A DNA stretch of 64,000 nt, from assembly GCA_965195345.1 (NCBI GenBank), contig OZ239628.1:1504001-1568000 (forward strand), in the 5' to 3' direction. The translations under genes and the position numbers were made by a program. The notes beneath the pieces were generated by a model. It was not told the origin of the DNA, did no database searches, and saw only the letters and a list, made by a program, of their open reading frames with translations. Source of the stretch: an uncultured Thiomicrospira sp. (GTDB lineage Bacteria > Pseudomonadota > Gammaproteobacteria > CAKMZV01). This document shows, piece by piece, positions 21,543-32,221 of this stretch (position 1 is its first letter; each line of letters begins with the position of its first letter).

Positions 21543-21845
21543 TTATGATCCAGCAGAACACCTTGAAGATAAAGGATATTTTCCAACATCTTCCCATTCT
21601 TCTTTTGTATACGTGTGCAACTGTAAAGCATGAATAGTTGCAACTTCTTGGTTGAGTATTCTATAAATTCTTTGATGCCGTTTCACTAATGAAACATCCT
21701 TAAAATGATCACTCACTATTATTACTTTATAGTGCGTTTGATCCCCTTCTCTCCTATGCAAATAACTATCGTTTTGAACCTCCAATAGCGAGGGGTTTAT
21801 TGCATCCTTTAACTTCACTTTAATCGTTGCAAGAATACTGTCCAT
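21543..21845 (-). CDS. bolA: BolA family protein
   Basis: NDSYLH, THYKVIIVSDHF, RHQRIY, IHALQLHTYT. Confidence 0.9.
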   Translation of the reverse strand: MDSILATIKVKLKDAINPSLLEVQNDSYLHRREGDQTHYKVIIVSDHFKDVSLVKRHQRIYRILNQEVATIHALQLHTYTKEEWEDVGKYPLSSRCSAGS

Positions 21846-21864
21846 AGGTACTACTAACTCTTAC

Positions 21865-22326
21865 TTAATATTCAACAACTTCTCGAATAATATCATCGAG
21901 TAGCTCATTAACTTCTGGAGGATTGCCTCTTTGATATCCAAAATATATTGTCCCCTGCTTTTCTTTTAATTCATAGACTGAAATACCATAAGGACAACTG
22001 GAAATAGCGTGTGGGTTTTTGCTTGTTAATTCATGAGACAATCCGACTTTGCAAAAAAGATGAATACGAGCGTGCTTATACACCGTTTTTTCAACCCCAG
22101 AAACCTCAAGAGTCCGGTTAAGAAACTCACTAGCGTATGATGTATATGTTACAACCAGTCCTCTATCCTCCAGTACTTCTTGCAGCAAATCATTGCTTTC
22201 CGCCCAATCGCCTTCTAATGAGTAATAAACACTCCAAATATCCTTTTCTATCTGAACAGCAGCGGCAGACGTAAAAAACATCCACGATAAAATCGCAAGT
22301 ATCGTCATCTGATTTGCATATCTCAT
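21865..22326 (-). CDS. exported DUF302-like protein
   Basis: Signal peptide; LFC and CPYGISVY motifs typical of DUF302. Confidence 0.75.
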   Translation of the reverse strand: MRYANQMTILAILSWMFFTSAAAVQIEKDIWSVYYSLEGDWAESNDLLQEVLEDRGLVVTYTSYASEFLNRTLEVSGVEKTVYKHARIHLFCKVGLSHELTSKNPHAISSCPYGISVYELKEKQGTIYFGYQRGNPPEVNELLDDIIREVVEY

Positions 22327-22449
22327 GCAGAGTATTCTATCAAGTGCCGTATAATAAAAAGATAGTTTGTGACATTAAAAAAAACTTAATAATATTACGA
22401 GAAGACAAACGATAAATCAAACAAATCTTTTAGCCAAAAAAAACCTGAA

Positions 22450-23826
22450 ATGAAATTTAGAATTGAAAAAGACAGTATGGGTGAACTACAAGTTCCAGAA
22501 AACGCACTTTGGGGAGCGCAAACTCAAAGAGCAGTAGAAAATTTCCCAATAAGTCAACAACCAATGCCTCAATCCTTTATAGAGGCTCTTGCACTCGTCA
22601 AACTAGCCTGTGTTCGAACCAATCACAGTCTTAATCTCATTGATGAAGATATGCTAAATGCAATCGAAGCTTCAGCCCGAAGCGTTATCGATGGAGAGCA
22701 CACTGATCAATTCCCTGTTGACATCTATCAAACAGGATCAGGCACCAGCACCAACATGAATATGAACGAAGTGCTTGCCTCACTATCTACTAAAAGGTTA
22801 GGGAAAGAAGTACATCCTAATGATCACATCAATATGGGGCAAAGTTCCAACGACACCATTCCAACTACTCTCCAGGTTTCTGCTTGCTTACAAATACATG
22901 AGAAATTATTGCCTGCATTAGCATATCTTAAGGAGACCATCGAAAAACGTGCTGTAGAGCTTAAACATATCGTGAAGACGGGTCGCACGCATTTGATGGA
23001 TGCTATGCCCTTAACTATGGAACAAGAGTTGAATGCATGGGCGCATCAATTGGCCCAAGCTCAGAGTCGAATTAACCATTCACTCACCAGACTTTCTTCA
23101 TTACCTCAAGGCGGAACTGCCATAGGAACAGGCATTAATTCACATCCTGAATTCCCTTCACGTTTTTGCGCAGCCCTAAGCCAAATTACGCAATATTCTT
23201 TCAAACCGAATGATATTTTATTCACTGGAATAGGCTCTCAAGACAATGCTGCAGAAATGAGTGGGCAATTGAAAACTCTTGCAATTGCTTTGACTAAAAT
23301 TTCCAACGATCTTCGTTGGATGAATAGCGGCCCTCTGGCTGGACTTGGAGAGATTTCTCTGCCATCTCTTCAACCAGGAAGCTCAATTATGCCTGGCAAA
23401 GTAAACCCAGTCATCCCAGAAGCAACAGCAATGGTCTGTGCTCAAGTTATAGGTAACGATACCGCCATTACTATAGGTACTCAAAGTGGCAATTTTCAAC
23501 TCAATGTTATGTTGCCTATGATTGCCCAAAACTTGCTTTCTAGCATCAAGCTTCTTAGTAATGCAATGGAAAAACTTGCTGATAAAGCAATTGCTGGTTT
23601 TACGGTAAATCAAGAAAAAATTGATGTAGCATTGTCTGCCAACCCTATCTTAGTAACAGCGCTTAATGGCGTTATTGGTTATGAGAAAGGAGCAGCCATT
23701 GCAAAATTAGCATACTCAACGGGTAAGCCAATTCTTGAAGTTGCAAAAATGGAAACGGACCTTGACGAAGAACAGTTGAAATCTTTATTAAACCCTGCGA
23801 AGCTCACAGAACCTCAACAAGATTAG
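22450..23826 (+). CDS. fumC: class II fumarate hydratase
   Basis: RIEKDSMG, QTGSGT, GRTHLMDA, GSSIMPGKVNP. Confidence 0.95.
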   Translation: MKFRIEKDSMGELQVPENALWGAQTQRAVENFPISQQPMPQSFIEALALVKLACVRTNHSLNLIDEDMLNAIEASARSVIDGEHTDQFPVDIYQTGSGTSTNMNMNEVLASLSTKRLGKEVHPNDHINMGQSSNDTIPTTLQVSACLQIHEKLLPALAYLKETIEKRAVELKHIVKTGRTHLMDAMPLTMEQELNAWAHQLAQAQSRINHSLTRLSSLPQGGTAIGTGINSHPEFPSRFCAALSQITQYSFKPNDILFTGIGSQDNAAEMSGQLKTLAIALTKISNDLRWMNSGPLAGLGEISLPSLQPGSSIMPGKVNPVIPEATAMVCAQVIGNDTAITIGTQSGNFQLNVMLPMIAQNLLSSIKLLSNAMEKLADKAIAGFTVNQEKIDVALSANPILVTALNGVIGYEKGAAIAKLAYSTGKPILEVAKMETDLDEEQLKSLLNPAKLTEPQQD

Positions 23827-23830
23827 CACT

Positions 23831-24832
23831 ATGGGCAGTTCCAAAACGACAACACTCTTTTCTCTGAACAATAAATTAGCGCTGCTTGTAAGTGCGCTGG
23901 TGTTGATTGTATTGGCTAATCAAATATCTAAAACAATTTGGATGCTGCTGTATCCTCCAACGACCACACCCATTAAATCAGATAATTTCTTAACCTCTAA
24001 AAATGAAGAAAATCAAATTGATTATTCTCTTCTCCTCGACTATCCATTATTTGGCATACCTCCAGTAAAACCTGTTGCGCCCCCTCCTCCACCACCCAAA
24101 GAAATACCAAAAGTAATTAAAAATAGACCAGTGATTGTTCTTTCAGTTATAGGAATTGTGAGTTTAGGCGATCTTTTCCTGGCAATCATTCGTTCCGGTG
24201 GCGTTGAAGAAACTTATTCAGTTGGTCAATATATAGGGCATTTAAAAATCGTCAATATAACAAGAGACAGCGTGATATTTGATGATGAAGGCCAAGAAGC
24301 CATAGCTTATTTGAATCAAGAAAACGTAGAGTTTGGCGGAGGTACTGAAGAAATAGTAGAGGTAATCGACCCAGCTAACTCAAATCGCACAACGAAAAAA
24401 ACCATTATAAAAAAAGCGAATGCGAAATCTGCAGCCCCTGTTACTGAAAAAGTTTTTCGAGGTAAACCTGTTCCTGTAGCAAAAGAAATAAAAGTTACCA
24501 ATTCGCAAAAAGAACAACTCAAATCCTTTAAAAAAACATTGGCAACCAATCCTCTGCAAATGCTTGGAAAAGTTAATACGGTGCCTTATAGGCAGAGCGG
24601 GCGGATTGTTGGATTTCAAGTCTCTCCTGGAAGTGAAAAAGAACTCTTCTTTGCACTACAACTACAGCCAGGTGACGTGATTACCCAGATTAATGGCATT
24701 GACCTTTCAACGGTTAATAACTTTACTACGGGCATGGCTCTCATGAATCAATTAAGCAAACAAAATACTTTAAGCATGATTGTGGAAAGACGAGGTGCTA
24801 ATGAAAATATTTTTGTTGACTTTAGAAATTGA
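23831..24832 (+). CDS. gspC: type II secretion protein C (TM, Pro-rich linker, HR, PDZ)
   Basis: Single N-terminal TM, PLFG motif, C-terminal PDZ (LQPGDVITQING); first gene of gspCDEF. Confidence 0.85.
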   Translation: MGSSKTTTLFSLNNKLALLVSALVLIVLANQISKTIWMLLYPPTTTPIKSDNFLTSKNEENQIDYSLLLDYPLFGIPPVKPVAPPPPPPKEIPKVIKNRPVIVLSVIGIVSLGDLFLAIIRSGGVEETYSVGQYIGHLKIVNITRDSVIFDDEGQEAIAYLNQENVEFGGGTEEIVEVIDPANSNRTTKKTIIKKANAKSAAPVTEKVFRGKPVPVAKEIKVTNSQKEQLKSFKKTLATNPLQMLGKVNTVPYRQSGRIVGFQVSPGSEKELFFALQLQPGDVITQINGIDLSTVNNFTTGMALMNQLSKQNTLSMIVERRGANENIFVDFRN

Positions 24833-24888
24833 TGGATTCAAAGTAACTTAGCGTATCACCAACAACACTTCAAAGTAAAATAATTAGA

Positions 24889-26910
24889 ATGAAAACAATG
24901 ATTTATTCAAGGCTGCAAAAACATCTGATCGCATCAATGCTTTCTATGACTATGGCTTTTCCTTATTTCTCAGTACTCAGTTTCATCCCTACTCAGGCTT
25001 CAGCTGCAACACTTAACTTAAAGAATGCCAACATTAGATCTTTAATAAGTACCGTTGCTCAAGCTACTAAGAAAAATTTCATTATTGATCCGCGCGTCAA
25101 TGGAAATGTTACAGTTTTAATTTCTGAAGATTTATCGCCAGATGCACTCTATCAAGTGTTTTTGTCCATTTTATCAGTCCATGGCTTTGTAGCAGTTGAT
25201 GGTGAACATGTCACAAAAATATTACCAGCCAGCCAAAGCAAAAGCGCTAGCAATTACCCTTCAAGTAAATATCCAGAAGAGCTAACGACAACTGTAATCC
25301 CTATCCAATATATAAATGCTCAACAAATAATTCCAGTTCTGAGACCCTTCGTCCCCCCTACCTCATTTTTAAGTGTGTATGCGCCGACGAATGTATTAAT
25401 TGTTCACGATACACTGGCAAATTTGCATCGACTACGCAAACTTATTAAAAAAATTGATAAGCCTTTAAGCGTTAACTTTGAAATCATTCAACTGAACCAT
25501 GCCAGTGCTTCTGAAATGGCAAAAATTATTCAAAATTTCGTTGCAAAGGCAAAAACCGACCCAAATTCTAAAGAAGTAAAAGTTGCTGCTGATAGTCGAA
25601 CAAATCGCCTGATAATAAATGCGGATGATGAGCAGCGTTTAAAAATTCGTGCTTTAGTCGCTGATTTGGATATTGCTGAAGCGCAAGGTAATACACATGT
25701 CGTCTATTTGCGCTATGCAGATGCAAAATTAATACTTCCGATACTCCAAGGTGTTTCAGGCACTCAATCTCAATCGGCTGGTGCAAAGGGCGCTCCAGCA
25801 GGATCCACAGCCATTAATCTGCAAGCAGATGACGCAACAAACTCTATCATAATTACCGCCTCTCAAGACAATGTCAATCAAGTCAATGCTTTGAAAAGTG
25901 TTATTCGGCGCCTTGACATTCGTAGAGCACAAGTACTTATTGAAGCCATCATTGCTGAGGTAAGCACAGACGTTTCTGAGGAACTGGGTGTTCAACTTGT
26001 ATCCAACACCGATTCTGCTGTAGGAATAATTAACTTTAACAATCAAATACCAAGCCTTGCTGCCGCTGTTTCCGCTGGAACAGCCCCTTCTATTCCTTTA
26101 GGTTCGTCAGTATTGGTTGGTCAAGTGACTGACCGTAATTCCTTACAAGGATTTGGTGGCATACTCAACTATCTCAGTAGTAACGGGAATGCCAATATTC
26201 TGTCAACGCCTGTATTAGTAACTTTAGATAACCAAGAAGCAAGCATTCTTGTTGGTCAAGAAGTTCCTTTTATTAGCAACACGCAACTTTCTGCAAGTAA
26301 CACTAATCCATTTCAAAATTTTGAACGTAGAGACGTAGGTATCACGCTTAAGGTTAAACCACAAATCAATGAAGGCGATACTATTCAATTGGAAATAGAA
26401 CAAGAAATTTCAAGTGTTGTCCCATCAGCAAGGACTGTTGACACAGTCACTTCAAAACGTACTATTAAAACAACCGTTTTAGTCGAAGACGGGAGAACTC
26501 TTGTTCTTGGTGGATTAATTGATGAACAAGAAAATGAAACTAGACAGAAAGTACCCTTCTTAGGCGATATTCCTCTTATTGGTTTTCTCTTTCGTTTTGA
26601 TTCAGAATCAACGGCCAAAAGGAATTTGATGATTTTCATAAAACCTTCAATCTTACGTAATGCGTTAGACGTTGATCAAGCAACTTTTGGAAAATACAAT
26701 CTCATACGTTCTCAACAATTGAGAATGCGTGACGAAGGATCTCTTAAGAGTTCAGGACGCCCATTACTAAATCCTTTAAATGAAGAAGAAACAACAGAAA
26801 AAGGACCTATTGCACCAAATAAACCAACGCTTACGTCAGCTAAAGATAAATTTTTTGACAAACACAAAGATACATTCCCTTCCCTTCCCAGCAATCATAA
26901 TAGACGCTAA
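24889..26910 (+). CDS. gspD: type II secretion secretin
   Basis: NFIIDPRVNG N0 domain, RRAQVLIEAIIAEV, KVPFLGDIPLIG. Confidence 0.96.
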   Translation: MKTMIYSRLQKHLIASMLSMTMAFPYFSVLSFIPTQASAATLNLKNANIRSLISTVAQATKKNFIIDPRVNGNVTVLISEDLSPDALYQVFLSILSVHGFVAVDGEHVTKILPASQSKSASNYPSSKYPEELTTTVIPIQYINAQQIIPVLRPFVPPTSFLSVYAPTNVLIVHDTLANLHRLRKLIKKIDKPLSVNFEIIQLNHASASEMAKIIQNFVAKAKTDPNSKEVKVAADSRTNRLIINADDEQRLKIRALVADLDIAEAQGNTHVVYLRYADAKLILPILQGVSGTQSQSAGAKGAPAGSTAINLQADDATNSIIITASQDNVNQVNALKSVIRRLDIRRAQVLIEAIIAEVSTDVSEELGVQLVSNTDSAVGIINFNNQIPSLAAAVSAGTAPSIPLGSSVLVGQVTDRNSLQGFGGILNYLSSNGNANILSTPVLVTLDNQEASILVGQEVPFISNTQLSASNTNPFQNFERRDVGITLKVKPQINEGDTIQLEIEQEISSVVPSARTVDTVTSKRTIKTTVLVEDGRTLVLGGLIDEQENETRQKVPFLGDIPLIGFLFRFDSESTAKRNLMIFIKPSILRNALDVDQATFGKYNLIRSQQLRMRDEGSLKSSGRPLLNPLNEEETTEKGPIAPNKPTLTSAKDKFFDKHKDTFPSLPSNHNRR

Positions 26911-28377
26911 ATGTTGCTTACCTTTTCATTTTGTAAACGCCATCAAATAATCCCTTTGCGTAATGAATCTGGGTATGAATTGCTGCACACAAAAACTATT
27001 AGCTTAGCTGTTTTATTAGAAGCGCAACGCACCCTTTACGGTACACCGATTACATTAAAAGAAACCGATGAAGACACATTTAACAAAGCCTTACAAGAAC
27101 ATTTCTCAAATCAATCGGAACATCTTGGGGATTTAAATAAGAGTATCAATAGATCGGATGATTTCACTTCCTTAGTCGAAAGATTTGATGAACCTGAGGA
27201 CTTACTTGAAAGCGATGATGATGCTCCTATTATTCGACTGCTCAATGCCTTATTTTCTGAAGCAATTAAGTTAAATGCTTCTGACATCCACGTGGAATCC
27301 TATGAGCAACGTACACGTATTCGATTTCGAATCGATGGCGTTATGCGCGAAGTAATGGAGCCGAATCGAAAAATAGCCCCTCTAATAATATCCAGAATCA
27401 AAGTAATGGCAAAATTGGACATTGCAGAAAAAAGATTGCCACAAGATGGTCGAATCTCTCTGAAATTAGGAGGTCGCTCTGTTGACTTAAGGGTTTCAAC
27501 GTTGCCTTCGGCAAGTGGGGAGCGTGTAGTTATGCGCTTACTTGACAAACAAGCTGGGCGACTTGAATTAGAACAATTAGGTATGCCTGCCTCTGCATTG
27601 TCACAAGTCGATGATTTGATTCGAAATCCTTATGGCATCATTTTGGTTACTGGACCAACAGGCTCTGGAAAAACCACGTCTCTCTACGCATCATTGGGTC
27701 GCCTTAACGGACACGATCGAAACATAATGACTGTAGAGGATCCTATTGAATACCACATTGATGGCATCAATCAAACACAAGTAAATCCTAAAATTGACAT
27801 GACCTTTGCTCGTGGTTTACGTGCTATCTTGCGCCAAGACCCGGATGTAGTAATGATCGGGGAAATTCGAGACAGTGAAACAGCACAAATTGCTGTACAA
27901 GCATCATTAACAGGCCATTTAGTACTATCAACTTTACATACTAACTCTGCAGTTGGTGCTGTTACTCGCTTGCGCGACATGGGTACTGAGTCTTTTTTGT
28001 TATCTTCATCACTACTAGCAATCATCGCTCAAAGACTCACACGGAAATTATGTCAAAATTGCAAGGAGGAGTATACTCCAAGTGAAAGAGAACGCATGCT
28101 ACTGAACGATCCAGATTTAGAAAAATTATATCGTCCTAATGGCTGCGCACAATGCTCTAACACTGGATACAATGGTCGTATCGGTGTATATGAAATGCTG
28201 CCTGTTGATGAGACTGTTCGTAAAATGATTCATGAAGAATCACCTGAAGAGTTAATTGTTGAGTATACAAGGAAGAAAAACCCTGGATTGCGCGAAGAAG
28301 GCATACGCATAGTAAAAGAAGGGCAAACGTCTATGGAAGAGATTTTGCGCATTATACAAAATCTTGGTGATGATTGA
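26911..28377 (+). CDS. gspE: type II secretion ATPase
   Basis: ASDIHVE, GPTGSGKTT, LRQDPDVVMIGEIRD, tetracysteine motif. Confidence 0.97.
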   Translation: MLLTFSFCKRHQIIPLRNESGYELLHTKTISLAVLLEAQRTLYGTPITLKETDEDTFNKALQEHFSNQSEHLGDLNKSINRSDDFTSLVERFDEPEDLLESDDDAPIIRLLNALFSEAIKLNASDIHVESYEQRTRIRFRIDGVMREVMEPNRKIAPLIISRIKVMAKLDIAEKRLPQDGRISLKLGGRSVDLRVSTLPSASGERVVMRLLDKQAGRLELEQLGMPASALSQVDDLIRNPYGIILVTGPTGSGKTTSLYASLGRLNGHDRNIMTVEDPIEYHIDGINQTQVNPKIDMTFARGLRAILRQDPDVVMIGEIRDSETAQIAVQASLTGHLVLSTLHTNSAVGAVTRLRDMGTESFLLSSSLLAIIAQRLTRKLCQNCKEEYTPSERERMLLNDPDLEKLYRPNGCAQCSNTGYNGRIGVYEMLPVDETVRKMIHEESPEELIVEYTRKKNPGLREEGIRIVKEGQTSMEEILRIIQNLGDD

Positions 28378-28404
28378 TGTCCTCTACTCTGAATAAACGC
28401 ACAC

Positions 28405-29610
28405 ATGCCAGTATTTGAATATCGAGCTTTAAACACTAAAGGAGCCATACTAAAAGGCGTAATGGAGGCCGACTCAGAACGCCACGTACGCGCTCAGTTA
28501 CGCGAAAAAAAACTCATACTCGATTCTTTAAAACAGGTAAAGAAAAACAATTCAAGTCAAAATTCTCTCAGACTATTTCAGCCCAAATTAAAAACCAAGG
28601 ACAAAATAATAGTGACAAGGCAACTTGCCAACTTGATTCGAGCCTCTTTGCCGGTAGAGGAAGCATTACGCACAATTGCAGAACACAACAATTCATCAAT
28701 AAAACGTATCCTATCCTCCACGCGATCCCGAGTCATTGAAGGTTCTTCTTTACATGAAGCTTTGCTTGAGCAAAACATTTTCGATCAAGAATATACCTCC
28801 ACTATCGCAGCAGGTGAAAAAACAGGCGAATTAGCGACTGTCCTCGAAAAATTAGCTGACGATGTCGAGCGCAAAGAAAAGTTTAATCGCAACATCTCTT
28901 CGGCAATGATTTATCCTGCTTTGATACTGATTGTTTCTGTAGCAGTAGTCATTGCATTGCTTGCTTTTGTAGTGCCTGAAGTCGTCTCGGCATTTGCTAA
29001 TACAAAGCGCGAACTTCCCGCATTAACTCAAGCGATGATAGCTATTAGTGATTTTCTGCGTAATAATGGTATGCTTCTTTTTTCCTCAATTGTTGTATTT
29101 TTTACCGTTTTCAATCTATCACTACGGAATGTAAACGTCAAACGCCATTGGCACCGCTTTCTAATGAAACTACCTTTAATTGGAAAGATTTTCGTCGGCT
29201 CTAATTCTTCACAATTTTCTCGCAACCTTAGTCTTATGCAATCATCGGGAGTACCCGTAATCGAGTCCCTACGTTCTACTGCAAGCACGTTATCTTGCAT
29301 ACCTATGAGTGAAGCAATACAAAATGCAGCCAATGATATCAGAGAGGGGTCTAGTATCTATCGCTCTCTCGAAAAACACAAAGCACTTCCTCCAATGATT
29401 TTATATATGCTTGCCAGTGGCGAAGCCAGTGGAAATATGCCTGACATGTTACAAAGAGCAGCAATTAATCAAGAGCATGAACTTGAATCTTTTACCACAA
29501 GTTTGCTTAGCATTATCGGACCTGTTATTATTCTGTTAATGGGTGGTTTTGTTTTAATTATTATTTTGTCAATTTTGCTTCCGATATTCGAACTCAACAA
29601 CGTTACTTAG
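28405..29610 (+). CDS. gspF: type II secretion inner-membrane platform protein
   Basis: MPVFEYRAL, AGEKTG, AMIYP, LLPIFELN; three TM segments. Confidence 0.95.
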   Translation: MPVFEYRALNTKGAILKGVMEADSERHVRAQLREKKLILDSLKQVKKNNSSQNSLRLFQPKLKTKDKIIVTRQLANLIRASLPVEEALRTIAEHNNSSIKRILSSTRSRVIEGSSLHEALLEQNIFDQEYTSTIAAGEKTGELATVLEKLADDVERKEKFNRNISSAMIYPALILIVSVAVVIALLAFVVPEVVSAFANTKRELPALTQAMIAISDFLRNNGMLLFSSIVVFFTVFNLSLRNVNVKRHWHRFLMKLPLIGKIFVGSNSSQFSRNLSLMQSSGVPVIESLRSTASTLSCIPMSEAIQNAANDIREGSSIYRSLEKHKALPPMILYMLASGEASGNMPDMLQRAAINQEHELESFTTSLLSIIGPVIILLMGGFVLIIILSILLPIFELNNVT

Positions 29611-29619
29611 ATTCCACGT

Positions 29620-29638
29620 CAGATTTTCAAATCTGTTT
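29620..29638 (+). terminator. possible weak terminator after gspF
   Basis: CAGATTT-TC-AAATCTG inverted repeat followed by TTT. Confidence 0.3.
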
Positions 29639-29708
29639 CCAAAAATAATATTCATTTCTAAAACAATGAATTCTCAAGATTTATAACGCAGACTGTTAAA
29701 ATAAAAAC

Positions 29709-30581
29709 ATGGAATTTAGCACCGTTGGAATAATCATTAAAAAGAAAAGTTCTAGCACACTCAATGCAATTATACGCACGTGTGATGTACTAAACACCCG
29801 TGGTTGCAAAGTTATAGCTATGCGTGACTCTTCTTCTTTTTTCCCCGAGTGCTCAATTTCTTTCATTGACAAAAAAGATTTTTATAAGCAAGCTGATCTA
29901 TTGATTTGTATTGGCGGTGACGGTACATTGCTCACTGCAGCAAGGGAAGTTGCAAGTGACCCGAAACCATTAATCGGTGTGAATCTTGGTCGTTTGGGTT
30001 TTCTAGTGGACATTCCAGCAGAAAAAATAGAGGCGCACTTAACCAACATAATTAATGGACAGTACAAAAGAGACTTCCGTACCATGCTCAATGTTCAGGT
30101 TATTCGTGAAAATGAGTGCGTTGTCAACGAAGTTGCACTCAATGATTGCGTTTTACATAAAACGAACTTTTCACGCCTTATTGAATTTGAGTGCTACGTT
30201 AATGGGCAATTTTTCACCTCCCAACGTTCTGACGGCTTAATCATCTCTTCTCCTACTGGTTCAACAGCGTACGGGCTCTCAGCAGGAGGGCCTATCATTT
30301 TGCCAGGATTAGAAGTTTTTTCAATTGTTTCTATTTGCCCACACACTATAAGCCAACGACCTGTTATTGTAGATGATTCAAGCATCATTGAAATTAACAG
30401 CAATAATTCATTACACGAAAATATGCAAATTTCATGGGATGGTATCGAGATTTTTTCTTTACAACCTAAAGACAAAATAATCATCAAAAAGCATCAATAC
30501 AAAACCATAATCATCCAATCCCTCAATCATAATCATTACCAAATATTGCGACACAAACTACGATGGGGTGAGAAGTTGTGA
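29709..30581 (+). CDS. nadK: NAD(+) kinase
   Basis: GGDGT, GRLGFL, ALND, PTGSTAY. Confidence 0.96.
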   Translation: MEFSTVGIIIKKKSSSTLNAIIRTCDVLNTRGCKVIAMRDSSSFFPECSISFIDKKDFYKQADLLICIGGDGTLLTAAREVASDPKPLIGVNLGRLGFLVDIPAEKIEAHLTNIINGQYKRDFRTMLNVQVIRENECVVNEVALNDCVLHKTNFSRLIEFECYVNGQFFTSQRSDGLIISSPTGSTAYGLSAGGPIILPGLEVFSIVSICPHTISQRPVIVDDSSIIEINSNNSLHENMQISWDGIEIFSLQPKDKIIIKKHQYKTIIIQSLNHNHYQILRHKLRWGEKL

Positions 30582-32221
30582 TTGTTTCTTTAACAATCAA
30601 AAACCTTGCGATAATCGAATTTTTAGAGCTAGAGTTTGATGATGCTATGACCGTGCTTACTGGCGAGACAGGCGCGGGAAAATCAATCCTTATTGATGCT
30701 TTGAACATTGCTTTAGGTCAGCGTGCTGATCAGAGTTTGATAAACCATCATTCCAATCAAGCTGAAGTCACTGCTATTTTTAATATTCAAAATTTGGAGT
30801 TTGCTCAACGTTGGTTTGAAAAACACGATATAGAACACAACAATGAATGCATATTACGTAGAATCATTAAAAGCAATGGCACCTCACGCGCTTTAGTAAA
30901 TGGAGTCCCAGTTACTCTTAACAATTTACACACGCTGTCTGCCAATTTGGTTGCCATTCATAGTCAACATGCCCATCAGCAATTACTAAATTTAGACATG
31001 CAGCGGCAAATTCTTGATGACTATGGCAAGCATGACCTAAGACCATTGCAAAATTGTTTGCAAGAAATGTACGATGTTAGAAAAAAAATCCGTGAAATCA
31101 ACGCAACAGATGACCCACTTTCTCGATTAGATTATTTGCAATATCAACTGAAGGAATTGGAAGAGTTGAACGCTGAAGAAGAGGATTGGCAAGCACTGTG
31201 TACAAAACAAAAACAATTAGGGCAATCTGAAAAACTAATAGAAGCAATTCAAATTACTAATGATTTAATTGATGGCGACAACGGTGCTGTTCAACAAATT
31301 CATCGTACGATCCACGCTCTAAAATCGATTAATAATGCTTTCCCTAAAACTGAAGAGTTTAGTGAAATGTTTGAAAATGCTATTACTCTCTGCCAAGAAG
31401 CCAGTGGGGATATGTCACATTTGGCGAGTAAAATGCAATTAAATGAAGATGAACTTCATGCCGTTGAAAGTCGGATTAGCCGTTGGCATGAGTTAGCCCG
31501 CAAGCACAACGTTACTCCTGAAGCATTGCCCAAATATAAAATCGCAATTGAATCCGAATCCAATCAATTAACTAATGCACAACAGGACTTAATAGCGTTT
31601 GAAAAAACCTTATCGCAGTTACAAGAAAAATATAAGAATCTGGCAGAAGAGTTACATCAGCAAAGAAAAAATACTTCAGATAAATTATCACATGCAATCA
31701 ATAATTTACTCAAAAAGTTACATTTACCTCCAACCTTAAATGTTCAAATAAACGACGAGAAAAAAGAACTTAGTAACTTTGGGTACGATCGTATCCTTTT
31801 TACTTTCCAACCAAATCCTGGCCATCCCGCTCAACAACTGCATAAAACCGCCTCTGGCGGAGAACTCTCGCGATTAAGCCTTGCAATTGCTGTATGTGTT
31901 GCCGCTTCAACCGGACATTCGTGTTTAATTTTTGATGAAGTTGATACCGGCATCGGAGGAGAGACTGCAGAAACTGTAGGGAAACTATTAAAAACCTTAA
32001 GCGAAACTTCACAAGTATTCGTTATTACTCATCAAGCCCAAGTTGCTGCTCAAGCACAGAATCATTTTAAGATTATCAAACGCATTGAAGAGAGCAAAAC
32101 AATTACAAAAGTAGAACGGCTCGATGAAAAACAAAGAGTAAGTGAAATTTCACGAATGATTGGCGGTTCCAGCATTACCTCGCAAACGATTGCCCATGCT
32201 ACTCAAATTCTCTCAAGTTAA
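30578..32221 (+). CDS. recN: DNA repair protein RecN
   Basis: GETGAGKS Walker A, coiled coil, ASGGELSR, FDEVDTGIGG. Confidence 0.96.
   Translation: MIVSLTIKNLAIIEFLELEFDDAMTVLTGETGAGKSILIDALNIALGQRADQSLINHHSNQAEVTAIFNIQNLEFAQRWFEKHDIEHNNECILRRIIKSNGTSRALVNGVPVTLNNLHTLSANLVAIHSQHAHQQLLNLDMQRQILDDYGKHDLRPLQNCLQEMYDVRKKIREINATDDPLSRLDYLQYQLKELEELNAEEEDWQALCTKQKQLGQSEKLIEAIQITNDLIDGDNGAVQQIHRTIHALKSINNAFPKTEEFSEMFENAITLCQEASGDMSHLASKMQLNEDELHAVESRISRWHELARKHNVTPEALPKYKIAIESESNQLTNAQQDLIAFEKTLSQLQEKYKNLAEELHQQRKNTSDKLSHAINNLLKKLHLPPTLNVQINDEKKELSNFGYDRILFTFQPNPGHPAQQLHKTASGGELSRLSLAIAVCVAASTGHSCLIFDEVDTGIGGETAETVGKLLKTLSETSQVFVITHQAQVAAQAQNHFKIIKRIEESKTITKVERLDEKQRVSEISRMIGGSSITSQTIAHATQILSS

Noticed and set aside
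24055-24100. C-rich low-complexity tract in gspC as a phase-variation site
   Set aside because: It encodes an in-frame poly-proline linker with mixed codons, not a long homopolymer or perfect repeat.
29693-29708. Possible LexA box CTGTTAAAATAAAAAC before nadK-recN
   Set aside because: The right half-site is not ACAG.
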